From: a virus
Taxonomy: Duplodnaviria; Caudoviricetes
IMG/VR virus record: IMGVR_UViG_3300020045_001345
Span: 1-64,000 of that record
Strand: one strand, 5' to 3'
DNA: 64,000 nucleotides
This document shows, in pieces, positions 1-8,598 of this stretch. The position numbers and the translations under genes were made by a program. The stretch's first letter is position 1. Each line of letters starts with the position of its first letter. The notes beneath the pieces are model-generated. The model was not told the DNA's origin. It ran no database searches and saw only the letters and a program-made list of their open reading frames with translations.

Positions 1-116
1 TTGATTGAATGTTAGTGCTTCTGATAAATGATGCCAGTGTAATGTTTTTCATAATAATTTCTCAGTTGGTTTATACAAAATTGTATAACATATTATTTTA
101 TGCTTCTTTTATGCTG

Positions 117-347
117 TCAAGAGTTCTTTTTGAGGTTATTTTGAGTTAAGAAACTGTCAATTGTCCATTTACATTCTTTAATTGTAAATTCTTTAATCCA
201 ATCTTTATTTTCGACAGGATCAAATATACAGTAACACTCAACATCTTTTGACGTTGGTTTTCTGCTAACTACACTACCATTTTTGTCTAGTTTCCAGTCG
301 GCACAAATTGAATAAACCGGATTAATAGTAAATCCTTTATAATTCAT
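117..347 (-). CDS. hypothetical phage protein
   Basis: ORF track 117..362; start moved to MNYKG, which lies just after the stop of the upstream small ORF. Confidence 0.6.
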   Translation of the reverse strand: MNYKGFTINPVYSICADWKLDKNGSVVSRKPTSKDVECYCIFDPVENKDWIKEFTIKECKWTIDSFLTQNNLKKNS

Positions 348-348
348 C

Positions 349-429
349 TCAAAACCCTCCAATAATTGCCAACATTATAAACAATGCCAACATAGCAATA
401 TACGCTTGATTATCCGAAAAGCTTTTCAT
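349..429 (-). CDS. small hydrophobic peptide (26 aa, MKSFSDNQAYIAMLALFIMLAIIGGF)
   Basis: Hand-translated; AGGA upstream, one TM-like stretch, stop abuts the next ATG. Confidence 0.45.
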   Translation of the reverse strand: MKSFSDNQAYIAMLALFIMLAIIGGF

Positions 430-669
430 TTTGACATCCTAACTTTAATATACAAAACTGTTTCAATGGCGAGGGTAATTACAAGGGAAGCTATCATTTT
501 ATTCTTTCAAAAATTAATAAATACATTCTACAGCATGGCAAGCAAAGAAGTGATTTTATAAGCGTTTTAACGTCTAATTGATTCGCCTGACTATTCTATA
601 AAATCTTGCAACATCATCACAATGTTGCCTTTTCTTCTTTCCTCTTCAGATTCGTAAATCCGATGTGAG

Positions 670-821
670 AATAGTCTCATGAATTAAAAGAAGCTGTCAA
701 CTACTTTATACAAACTAATTCAAAATGAAGTATTAAATAATTCGCTTATATATGTACATTCATGCGCTACTCGCAAATAGCAAATAACGCTTGCAAGCTT
801 CCCTATTTTCATGAGACTATT
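670..821. repeat. 14-bp perfect inverted repeat flanking 124 bp
   Basis: AATAGTCTCATGAA (670-683) and TTCATGAGACTATT (808-821). Confidence 0.8.
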
Positions 822-1208
822 TGCATCAGCTACAAAACACCGAAGCAATAAGCTACAAGCAAGATGTGCTTACTCAGCTAATACGTCAATCTCACGCTAG
901 AAAACTGTTCAATATTTAAAAATGTATTTCTTGCCAACTATGGCATTATTTTTAAATGTTGTGCGGAATAATCCACCTACGAGTGGATTGTCTCCGGAAA
1001 TGCCTGTCATATTCATTAATAATATTTCCCTATCAATTCCGACATTTCCATTAATATTCACGTTTGCGCATATGCATATTCAAGTATTTACTTATTTGCG
1101 TGTATATGCAAATAGCTAAAGAAGCAAATGCTTATGAACGTATATACGAATATATCTAAGAACGAATATTCTAGCTGAAATGGATGGGCGAAATCTCCTA
1201 TTACACAA

Positions 1209-1290
1209 CAAACTGCATTTTAATTTTTGCTATACTTATGAAACTGCATTCAAATTTTACATTATTGTTGCAACTGATTCCAAATTATAA
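1209..1290. repeat. three phased imperfect repeats AACTG(C)ATT..AATT
   Basis: AACTG at 1211, 1242 and 1272 (spacing 31 and 30 bp), each followed by (A/T)AATT. Confidence 0.5.
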
Positions 1291-1364
1291 TTTATATTCT
1301 ATACAAATCCACATAAAAACATAGACGTATAAGATTTCCTTCTCAGGTTCTTATACGGCTATTT

Positions 1365-1706
1365 CTATTTGTTCTCAAATTTTAGTTTTAATGCTTCATA
1401 CTCTAGCCGCTCAGCAGCCTCCTTCTGCGCTGTAATCTTATTAGCAAAAGCTTTTCTACTTTCAAATTGAGCATCTGTTTCAATTACACCTTTAGTAATC
1501 TTTAGGGATGTGGACTCATCTTCTTCATTCTCTAACATAGCACCTCCACCATGCCGATCCCTGTAGTGCGTCAATATCTTGATTGCATCATCTATTGTTC
1601 CATCACATAAGTAAATTCCACGTTCCGCTGTTCTTCTAACCAATATCTTCTCACTCATATCATTCATCTCCCAATGTTTCATTAATATTACAGCATTCCA
1701 GTTCAA
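1365..1706 (-). CDS. hypothetical protein
   Basis: ORF track; true start probably MSEKIL. Confidence 0.55.
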   Translation of the reverse strand: MNWNAVILMKHWEMNDMSEKILVRRTAERGIYLCDGTIDDAIKILTHYRDRHGGGAMLENEEDESTSLKITKGVIETDAQFESRKAFANKITAQKEAAERLEYEALKLKFENK

Positions 1707-1822
1707 TGTCCTTCAAAACTGAGTGCATTTAACTGTTGTCGTATTTTGTGGCATATTATCTCTGATAATCCACGTAATAGCCGTTACAGCTTTTGCTAGT
1801 GGTTTAATAGCCTCTTCATTTG

Positions 1823-2083
1823 TCATTCTTGTACTCCTGCAGATTGAATAGTATCTTCTATTTCAAGCTCATACAAGTGTTCCAAGTAATCACTGTATAA
1901 ATACATTCCATTAGTATCCAACACCTTATAAAATCCTCCACAACCTGTTTTAAGGAGCTGTGACAGGCTGCTAGAACTGTCGTTACAAGATTTGCACACT
2001 AACAGGCACAAATCCTTGTGAAGCCTAAATAGGCTCTCATACTCCAATGGCTGAGAGCTTCCTGATGCTATTAGTTCATACAT
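1823..2083 (-). CDS. hypothetical protein
   Basis: ORF track; AAGGAGA RBS upstream. Confidence 0.6.
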   Translation of the reverse strand: MYELIASGSSQPLEYESLFRLHKDLCLLVCKSCNDSSSSLSQLLKTGCGGFYKVLDTNGMYLYSDYLEHLYELEIEDTIQSAGVQE

Positions 2084-2216
2084 ATGTTATTCTCCTTACG
2101 TTGCTGAGATTATTTAGTTGGAATTTCTTGAAGCCCTGCACACCAGAAATATTTGTATCAGGACTATCTGAAACTTTCTCAATGGAAATATTTAGATATT
2201 CCCTCATGTAAAATAT

Positions 2217-2492
2217 TTACAATACACATTCATCGTAGCTAATCTTAATCTTAGCCTTAGACTCCTGCATAACTCCATTCTTAAACCATTTAATCCACAT
2301 GTCACCTTCCTCCTCACCAACCCCTTCAAGGGTAAATAATTCCATAGGGTATTTCTTGGAGAATTCCTTCATATCTTCTTCATGTTCGTACCATTTTACA
2401 TATTCCAAACAATAGTACCCAGAGATATCTTCTTTAGATTCTTTTACAATACTTCTATTGTAAGATAGTTCATACGTTGTGTAATAACTCAT
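2217..2492 (-). CDS. hypothetical phage protein (WYEHEEDM...GEEEGDMW)
   Basis: ORF track; AGGAGA RBS. Confidence 0.7.
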   Translation of the reverse strand: MSYYTTYELSYNRSIVKESKEDISGYYCLEYVKWYEHEEDMKEFSKKYPMELFTLEGVGEEEGDMWIKWFKNGVMQESKAKIKISYDECVL

Positions 2493-2493
2493 A

Positions 2494-2736
2494 TTATTCT
2501 CCTATCAATTTTAAATAACAAGGATGTCTTACTAAGCAATACTCCTTATATACAGGATACAACACTTTGACTATGAAAACAAGTTCATCTACACAATTTT
2601 TGCTAATTTCTATAATCGTCCCAATGTTTTCAAGTTGACTATGCCCATCCTGATCAGGAATTGAATAAACTTCTACATATCGACCAATTTGAAATTTTAT
2701 CAAGTCTTGTTTGTCATATTTTAATTTAAATGTCAT
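2494..2736 (-). CDS. hypothetical protein
   Basis: ORF track; tightly packed between neighbours. Confidence 0.6.
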   Translation of the reverse strand: MTFKLKYDKQDLIKFQIGRYVEVYSIPDQDGHSQLENIGTIIEISKNCVDELVFIVKVLYPVYKEYCLVRHPCYLKLIGE

Positions 2737-2737
2737 C

Positions 2738-3391
2738 TCATTCTCCCTTTAATTTATATTGCTCAAGCTTCCTATTGTACACGTTCTCATACTCTTGTAA
2801 AGCCTTTTCACAACTATATTCTTTCAAATGTCTTTTAACACTAGACAATGATATTGAAAACTTTTTAGCTAGGTTTCCCTGAGACATACTCTTTTTGCTA
2901 GAAATAAGCTGTCTCATATCCACTGGAGATAGTTTATCTGGAGCACCTAATATTGTCCCTTGAGCCTTTGTACGCTCTAAGCCCATCTTAACACGGTATT
3001 TAAGATTAGCAAGCTCCATGGCTGATATGCTGGCTGCTATCGTAAGGATCATGATACCAATTGCACTAGCACAATCAATATTAGGATATTGCAGTATATA
3101 TAGCTCAATACCTAAATCCTTAATCTCATCAATGAATATCAATAAGTCTTTAGTACTGCGTGTAAGCCTGTCCTGAGCAGAGACAACCACTTTGCTACCT
3201 CTTGGAAGAGACTTCATCATCTTGCTAAACTCTACACGCTTCATAGGGGGAACAGTGCCAGAGACACCTATCTCTCGGTATACCTCATCAAGCTTCCATC
3301 CTGCACTCTCTGCTGCTATTTGTTGGTTACTAATATCTTGAGAGTCTATAGTGCTTACACGGCTATACAATACAATTTTAGGCTTGGTCAT
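2738..3391 (-). CDS. small serine recombinase (resolvase/invertase family) with C-terminal HTH
   Basis: Catalytic YSRVST, GVSG, DRLTR, ELANLKYRVKMGLERTKAQGTILGAP; C-terminal HTH SQGNLAKKFSISLSSVKRHL; GGAG RBS before MTKPK. Confidence 0.92.
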   Translation of the reverse strand: MTKPKIVLYSRVSTIDSQDISNQQIAAESAGWKLDEVYREIGVSGTVPPMKRVEFSKMMKSLPRGSKVVVSAQDRLTRSTKDLLIFIDEIKDLGIELYILQYPNIDCASAIGIMILTIAASISAMELANLKYRVKMGLERTKAQGTILGAPDKLSPVDMRQLISSKKSMSQGNLAKKFSISLSSVKRHLKEYSCEKALQEYENVYNRKLEQYKLKGE

Positions 3392-3422
3392 TCTTTTCTC
3401 CACATATCTAAACAATGGAGCT

Positions 3423-3451
3423 ATATTAATCATTATTCTTTCTTATGTCAA
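3423..3451 (-). promoter_or_regulatory. sigma70-like promoter of the recombinase gene
   Basis: TTGACA-17-TAATAT on the minus strand. Confidence 0.6.
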
Positions 3452-3605
3452 CAACTATCTTATTCTTTATTTCTTATTCATTACATTTATTATTGTGCTA
3501 CGATGCTCTACACACTCGTATTCATATTGCATGAACCACTCATCTTGTATGTATGCTTATTATTAACGTATCTATGCTTCCGTACTATACCTGCTAGTGT
3601 CCTTA

Positions 3606-3647
3606 ACAGTACCTTATTAGTAATACTTTACAGTATCCCTATTAGTA
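3606..3647. repeat. direct repeat pair in the AT-rich region upstream of the recombinase
   Basis: ACAGTACCTTATTAGTA (3606-3622) and ACAGTATCCCTATTAGTA (3630-3647). Confidence 0.6.
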
Positions 3648-3659
3648 TAATATCTTCTT

Positions 3660-4078
3660 AGGAAAATTGAGAGTAAAAGATGCCCTACCCTTCCGTGTAG
3701 GAAGGGCTTGTAAGGGTCTTTACTCTCTGTTATCTTCTTGAGGTTTCAGTAGAGTAGAATGTGTAGCTTAGATGCTCACACTCCTTAGCAAAGCTTTACT
3801 GTGTTCTAACAGTTGTCTAGTGTCTCTGCCAGAAGAACGTAACTTTGGATGATACAATGTCTTACGACATTCCATGCTACAATTCTCCCAGATGCTCACT
3901 CGTACCTTAAGACGGCCTATGGTGGGTACGTTAGTTTCATATAGCAGCCAATCAGGGCAAATGCACAGCTATACTAAGGAAGCATAATTATTATGCAACC
4001 CTCAACACTTTCAGTTGTTTTCAATTGCACAGCTTCTCACAGCTTTCTAGCACAAGTCCATGTACTAATTCAATTGAT
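3660..4078 (-). ncRNA. candidate structured non-coding RNA (~410 nt)
   Basis: No substantial ORF on the ORF track; own promoter; several stems, including AAUGUC-GUAA-GACAUU, a long-range 11-bp stem and a 59-nt 3' hairpin. Confidence 0.45.
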
Positions 4079-4084
4079 GGTGAT

Positions 4085-4113
4085 ATTGTACACCCTTGTA
4101 GGTGATTTGTCAA
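4085..4113 (-). promoter_or_regulatory. near-consensus sigma70 promoter
   Basis: TTGACA-17-TACAAT. Confidence 0.8.
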
Positions 4114-4186
4114 GCTTTATTTATGAATCCTAGAACTATTTTAATTGAATCACTCTGAGCCTATTTGCAAGCCTATAAACTGGATT

Positions 4187-4223
4187 AAAAGAGTGGGTTG
4201 ATAGGAATGTACCAACCACACTC
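4187..4223 (-). terminator. intrinsic terminator
   Basis: GAGTG(T)GGTTG...CAACCCACTC stem followed by TTTT, just after ORF 4243..4608. Confidence 0.65.
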
Positions 4224-4242
4224 ATTTGACAGGTTTTAGCCC

Positions 4243-4608
4243 CTAAACTCCATGCGTAGATTCCTCTTTAAGCTCTAATAACAACCCTACAAAGGCATAA
4301 GCACTCCACTCAGGATTATGTTTAATGAAATAAGAGCTATTTGTGTAGTGATTATCAAATGTTTCTCTTGATACTCCTATGCGTCTTAAGTATTTTGTAA
4401 TAAGTCCTGCTGTAACTTTGTCGGCATTGTTAGGCATTCTTACACCATACTTACTAGCAAGACCACTCCAATAGTTACTGTCAAGATACTCCAACTTAAG
4501 ATTGTGAATATTATTAGCTCTGTCTACAGACTTCTTAGCTGATGCTATGTGTGCAAGCCTTAAAGACTCTTTAATTTGCTCTGGTGTTCTGTTTCCAAAT
4601 TTATTCAT
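4243..4608 (-). CDS. hypothetical protein
   Basis: ORF track; GAGGAG RBS. Confidence 0.7.
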   Translation of the reverse strand: MNKFGNRTPEQIKESLRLAHIASAKKSVDRANNIHNLKLEYLDSNYWSGLASKYGVRMPNNADKVTAGLITKYLRRIGVSRETFDNHYTNSSYFIKHNPEWSAYAFVGLLLELKEESTHGV

Positions 4609-5093
4609 TATTTCTCCTCAAGTATTTTAACAGCTTTAATAAAATCCCTCATACGAAACCCCTGATAAGCGTCTGTTTGCACAAAACTATCCATCAATGG
4701 CTCCATATCACTATCGTCATCAAGAATGACAAAGTTGTTAAATTCTGCAGAATATTTATTAACCCATTCTAATATTTCTCTACCCCTACCAAATAAGTTA
4801 CCATCCATACCATTATGACAAGGAGTTTTCCAGCGATCATCAGTGTACATGTAAGTGCCTAATGAGGGGCAAGAAGCTCCCAGAATACCTTGTATAGCGC
4901 AGCAATTGTAAAGCTTCCTCCAAGAGCTGCTAATTACAATTCGACAGTTGTAGTCTTCACACAAACGTTTTACAAGGCCAAGAGACACTGGGTCAAGATA
5001 GTTATAACCACACTTCTCACCCTCAGATATGCAAGTCTCAGGATTACAAATAACTCCATCAAAGTCTAGGAAAATTATATTTGGTTTATTCAT
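4608..5093 (-). CDS. HAD-superfamily phosphatase (RNA-repair/Swiss-army-knife HAD type)
   Basis: IFLDFDGV, IVISSSWR, RGREI..W, FVILDDDSDM. Confidence 0.85.
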   Translation of the reverse strand: MNKPNIIFLDFDGVICNPETCISEGEKCGYNYLDPVSLGLVKRLCEDYNCRIVISSSWRKLYNCCAIQGILGASCPSLGTYMYTDDRWKTPCHNGMDGNLFGRGREILEWVNKYSAEFNNFVILDDDSDMEPLMDSFVQTDAYQGFRMRDFIKAVKILEEK

Positions 5094-5266
5094 TATTCTC
5101 CCTTTTCAAATAGTTTAAAATCTAGTGTCATTGTCTTATCACGCCTACTAATAGAATAACTATCATCTCTAATACTAATATTAGTCAAGAACACGTGGTG
5201 AGATTCTAAAGTTTTATTAAGCATCACTCTAACAGCCTCTTGCATTTTAACTTCGTCTTTAATCAT
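5093..5266 (-). CDS. hypothetical protein (57 aa)
   Basis: Hand-translated MIKDEVKMQE...; AAGGAG RBS; fills the gap exactly. Confidence 0.55.
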   Translation of the reverse strand: MIKDEVKMQEAVRVMLNKTLESHHVFLTNISIRDDSYSISRRDKTMTLDFKLFEKGE

Positions 5267-5610
5267 ACAACTCCTTTATAATTTAAAATCCATGACATAC
5301 CTACTGATAATAGTACATCCTCTGCTGCATTTGCAAGACGTTTTAGTTGCTTAACTTCATACCCGTAAGGAGTTTCATTATTCTTGGCAGAATAATAGCT
5401 CCAACAGTAAGTATCAAATCTTGAATAACACTCAAGCCTTGTTATAGCTTCCTTCTCTGTTAATGTCCGTCCAAATAACCAGAATTTCTTACATTTCATT
5501 TCTCGTAGAATAATACGTCTCAATTTATCCTTATTTTCTATTGTACATTTCTCAATGTACTTCTCAATACATTGCAGGATAATTTCAGAACTAATTAGTG
5601 CACTACTCAT
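5263..5610 (-). CDS. hypothetical protein
   Basis: ORF track; AAGGAG RBS. Confidence 0.65.
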   Translation of the reverse strand: MSSALISSEIILQCIEKYIEKCTIENKDKLRRIILREMKCKKFWLFGRTLTEKEAITRLECYSRFDTYCWSYYSAKNNETPYGYEVKQLKRLANAAEDVLLSVGMSWILNYKGVV

Positions 5611-5622
5611 AATTTCTCCTTA

Positions 5623-6066
5623 TTAATTAACATTAAAATGATTAGACACAGCTTCTTGCACATAACTTTTAACATCATCCTTAAGAGCTTCAACAGTAGC
5701 AAATGGAATAGTTTCTTTAACCACTTCAGCTATCAGATCCTTATTATCTACGATAGCTTTTCGGTAAATATCGTAGGCATGGTTGGTTTCCTTGCTCCAA
5801 GCATCAGGTTTATTAAAGATGTTATACATTGATAAGCTACTAATTAAATCTGTAACTTTATCTGTTAGCACCTCATCTAAGCGACTATTAAATTGCTTAT
5901 CCACAAGCTTATAAACAATGTCATAAGCCACATTAGAAACAAGACGTTTAAAATTATCTTCATTCTCAAAGAATTTCTCACAGCATTTACTGAACTCGTA
6001 TTTAGCAATATCTTTAAATTCATCTTCATCTACAAACTGAAAAACATCAATTTTTAATTCGCTCAT
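5623..6066 (-). CDS. hypothetical protein
   Basis: ORF track. Confidence 0.65.
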   Translation of the reverse strand: MSELKIDVFQFVDEDEFKDIAKYEFSKCCEKFFENEDNFKRLVSNVAYDIVYKLVDKQFNSRLDEVLTDKVTDLISSLSMYNIFNKPDAWSKETNHAYDIYRKAIVDNKDLIAEVVKETIPFATVEALKDDVKSYVQEAVSNHFNVN

Positions 6067-6308
6067 AATTTCTTCTCCTTATTCAAATAAAACAATCTAC
6101 TCTCAGCAATATCAAGCTGGAAGCTCGTATTAGCTAAAGCCTTCTTAGCTACTTGCAACACCTCGTACATAGCTATCAAATCCTCATCCTCTTTATCAGG
6201 CATGTCAGAGAGTTTAACACGTTCTAACGCTTCGTGGTAGGCTTTATATGAAGCTTTGATGTTATCATCTGACATGGGAGTATTATCAGACATTGATTTA
6301 TCAGACAT
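6063..6308 (-). CDS. hypothetical protein
   Basis: ORF track; overlaps neighbours. Confidence 0.6.
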   Translation of the reverse strand: MSDKSMSDNTPMSDDNIKASYKAYHEALERVKLSDMPDKEDEDLIAMYEVLQVAKKALANTSFQLDIAESRLFYLNKEKKL

Positions 6309-6513
6309 TTGGAAGCTCCTGCCATTGATAGGCTTCCATAATTTTCACTATCATTGAAAAAGCTAGAGAAGAATCTTTTGTGAAATACAAATCGTTCATA
6401 GAAGCATGCAGAGAAGTATTAGCAGATAACTTACTAAAATATGTGTTAAAGAAATGCTGCCCAACTCGAAGTTCTGGTGGGACAGATGAAAGGAAATCTT
6501 TAAGGGTTGTCAT
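6301..6513 (-). CDS. hypothetical protein (LRVGQHFFN motif)
   Basis: ORF track; start moved to MTTLK. Confidence 0.6.
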   Translation of the reverse strand: MTTLKDFLSSVPPELRVGQHFFNTYFSKLSANTSLHASMNDLYFTKDSSLAFSMIVKIMEAYQWQELPNV

Positions 6514-6514
6514 A

Positions 6515-6700
6515 TCAGTCCTTCCAATAATTATCATAAGCCTCTTTAGAGGACATATCTACTTCTGTGCTGGCTCCTAAGTGGGTAACACCTTCTGGTA
6601 CAAGGCAGTGGCTATACGTACCATCAATGTGCTCAAAGAACACTATTTCACCATCTTCTAATTTAACGTAAGAGCATCGTGGTACATTATAAAGTTTCAT
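6515..6700 (-). CDS. hypothetical phage protein (MKLYNVPRCS...HIDGTYS)
   Basis: ORF track; AGGAGGT RBS. Confidence 0.7.
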   Translation of the reverse strand: MKLYNVPRCSYVKLEDGEIVFFEHIDGTYSHCLVPEGVTHLGASTEVDMSSKEAYDNYWKD

Positions 6701-6701
6701 A

Positions 6702-7043
6702 TTATTTACCTCCTTTAGATTTACCTACTAATTGTTCGTCAAGCTTACTATCAATTACTTTAAATAGTTTGTCCATTGTGGTAGACACTTTTGGATTACT
6801 TGCAACATCTTTACCAACTTCCGCAGCAGCCATAAGATAGACTGTATTCTTGTCTGGGATTAGCGCTGCCAATAAACCTATAACACCTGCAATTACTACT
6901 AATTTTTTGATATGAGGAATGACTTCCTCTTTAATAATGCAGCCAAACAAAATCACAGCAAAACCTATTGTCATAAGAAGCCACAGAAAATTAGATATAT
7001 TGCTTGAAATTCCTGCCAAATATAACATTATTGTAACGTTCAT
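6702..7043 (-). CDS. membrane protein, 2-3 TM
   Basis: Hydrophobic segments, LIPDKNTVYLMAAAE; AGGAGA RBS before MNVTI. Confidence 0.7.
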   Translation of the reverse strand: MNVTIMLYLAGISSNISNFLWLLMTIGFAVILFGCIIKEEVIPHIKKLVVIAGVIGLLAALIPDKNTVYLMAAAEVGKDVASNPKVSTTMDKLFKVIDSKLDEQLVGKSKGGK

Positions 7044-7044
7044 A

Positions 7045-7515
7045 TTATTTCTCCTCTTTATCAAGAATATATTGTTTGATAGCTGCATTAGCTACTGCTA
7101 ATAAATCTGCATTGCACTTTTCTGGCATACTACTAAAAATAACTGCAAGCTCTTTGCCCGACAAACTCGTCTCAGGAAACACTCGCTCATGAACAACTTC
7201 ATCTGCAAAGCGATATCGATTCTTATCTGACCAAGTTGGATTTTTAGTTTCTATCCAAGTGTGATCTTGCATATATTCAACAACCCTATAAGGGTTAGCA
7301 GCCCATGCGACAATCATGTCGTGATGAGGGTGTTGTTTAGGTGCAGCAATTAATAAATACTCCACAAAATACCAATAATCTGTTTTATCTTCGTTATATA
7401 CGGAATAGCTTTCATCAATAAAATTTCTAACTTCATAAGATTTACCAAGATTAAGAGGACTCCCACTACTATGAAGAATCTGCACCATATCACCAGCTTT
7501 AAATTTCTGTGTCAT
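7045..7515 (-). CDS. hypothetical protein with N-terminal FKAGD.V (SH3/KOW-like) segment
   Basis: ORF track; AAGGAGA RBS. Confidence 0.65.
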   Translation of the reverse strand: MTQKFKAGDMVQILHSSGSPLNLGKSYEVRNFIDESYSVYNEDKTDYWYFVEYLLIAAPKQHPHHDMIVAWAANPYRVVEYMQDHTWIETKNPTWSDKNRYRFADEVVHERVFPETSLSGKELAVIFSSMPEKCNADLLAVANAAIKQYILDKEEK

Positions 7516-7532
7516 TTGTTTCTCCTTATTTG

Positions 7533-7853
7533 TTAATGTGAGCTAATTATATCTAACTTTTCAATATCTGTCAACTTATTCTTAGGCTCTGAAAACATTC
7601 TCATAATTTCTTTCTCGCCCGATGGCAGAGGCTTTATCTTTAAATTGTATTCCAGAAACACCACCCTGCAACCCTCATCATCTTTCATATCCACTCTGTA
7701 TGTACCTTTCAGGCTCATTCCTTTTAGTGTCCCATGTGTAGCCTCTTTGCCTTCTTGACCAACTTCTACTATAGACACTTCACAGCCGTTGTAATGTGTG
7801 TCGTAACGTAAGCTGTGAACAATACAAATATCTCCCACTTTAAACTTTGCCAT
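7533..7853 (-). CDS. hypothetical protein with N-terminal FKVGD (SH3/KOW-like) segment
   Basis: ORF track; start moved to MAKFK. Confidence 0.65.
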   Translation of the reverse strand: MAKFKVGDICIVHSLRYDTHYNGCEVSIVEVGQEGKEATHGTLKGMSLKGTYRVDMKDDEGCRVVFLEYNLKIKPLPSGEKEIMRMFSEPKNKLTDIEKLDIISSH

Positions 7854-8211
7854 ATAGCACCTCATTAAATAATTTCAAGTTCTTTTCTAGGGCTGCCTGA
7901 GCAAGTTTAGTTTCAGACTCTTCTCTTTCAGCTATTTTTGCAAGAGTTATTTTCTTAATGAGTTTGTTGAAATCTCTACTAATAACAAAGTTCTCCCATA
8001 ATGTTAGCTTAATCTTGCCAATATTCTCATCACTGTCATCACGGATACTCGCACTACTGCGAACATACAATTCAGAGTTGTGCACACTAAACCCGTAAGT
8101 TTTTAACCATATTGTGTTCTTATCTAAATTTATCATTGCTTCATTACACAATATAGAGCTTTCAGTTTGTTGCACAATATCCTGCCATATTTGTTCTGTA
8201 GATTTAGTCAT
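7840..8211 (-). CDS. hypothetical protein, first gene of the leftward operon
   Basis: ORF track; AAGGAG RBS. Confidence 0.7.
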   Translation of the reverse strand: MTKSTEQIWQDIVQQTESSILCNEAMINLDKNTIWLKTYGFSVHNSELYVRSSASIRDDSDENIGKIKLTLWENFVISRDFNKLIKKITLAKIAEREESETKLAQAALEKNLKLFNEVLYGKV

Positions 8212-8242
8212 GTAGATTTCTCCTTAAAGTTGATATGTAACG

Positions 8243-8342
8243 ATAATATAGATTATTAATACTTATGTCAATACAGTTGTGCAAATAATTTAAATTCTAT
8301 TTAACTAAAGTTCTTGACAAGCTTATTTATTGTGTTTATTAT
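8243..8342. promoter_or_regulatory. back-to-back divergent sigma70 promoters
   Basis: Minus TTGACA(8271-8266)-17-TATTAT; plus TTGACA(8314-8319)-17-TATTAT; the coding strand switches here. Confidence 0.8.
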
Positions 8343-8372
8343 GAAGCCTTGTTGGATTAATTAGGAGATGAA

Positions 8373-8549
8373 ATGAACATCGTAAACAAACGAATTTTAG
8401 CAGGGATAGTTTCAGCAGTATTAGGATTAAGCCTAGTATGGGTTGCTGGATTTAATTTTAATGAACGTGGAGCTGGTGCATTTGCTGTAGCAGTATTTAT
8501 ATTATGGCTTGTAGGTCTTACATTGTTATTTCCATTTATAGAGGAATAA
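8373..8549 (+). CDS. small two-TM membrane protein (58 aa)
   Basis: Hand-translated MNIVNKRILAGIVSAVLGLSLVWVAGF...; AGGAG RBS. Confidence 0.65.
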   Translation: MNIVNKRILAGIVSAVLGLSLVWVAGFNFNERGAGAFAVAVFILWLVGLTLLFPFIEE

Positions 8550-8598
8550 CATGAAAAACAACAGAGAAAACCCAGAAGAAATTAATTACAAGATTGGC

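Noticed and set aside
922-1119. 65-aa plus-strand ORF
   Set aside because: No RBS, opposite to the local gene direction, low-complexity AT-rich composition
1209-1290. CRISPR array
   Set aside because: Only three short degenerate units ~31 bp apart, with no repeat-spacer architecture and no cas genes
2738-3433. IS607/transposon or prophage integrase
   Set aside because: The HTH is C-terminal, the protein is too short for a large serine integrase, and there is no TnpB, transposase or terminal repeat
3320-3661. Plus-strand hydrophobic ORFs (3320..3661, 3351..3566)
   Set aside because: Overlap the recombinase gene antisense; the hydrophobicity comes from T-rich DNA
3660-4078. tmRNA, RNase P RNA, group II intron or retron msr-msd
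   Set aside because: Diagnostic termini and conserved motifs were not found, and there is no reverse transcriptase in the window
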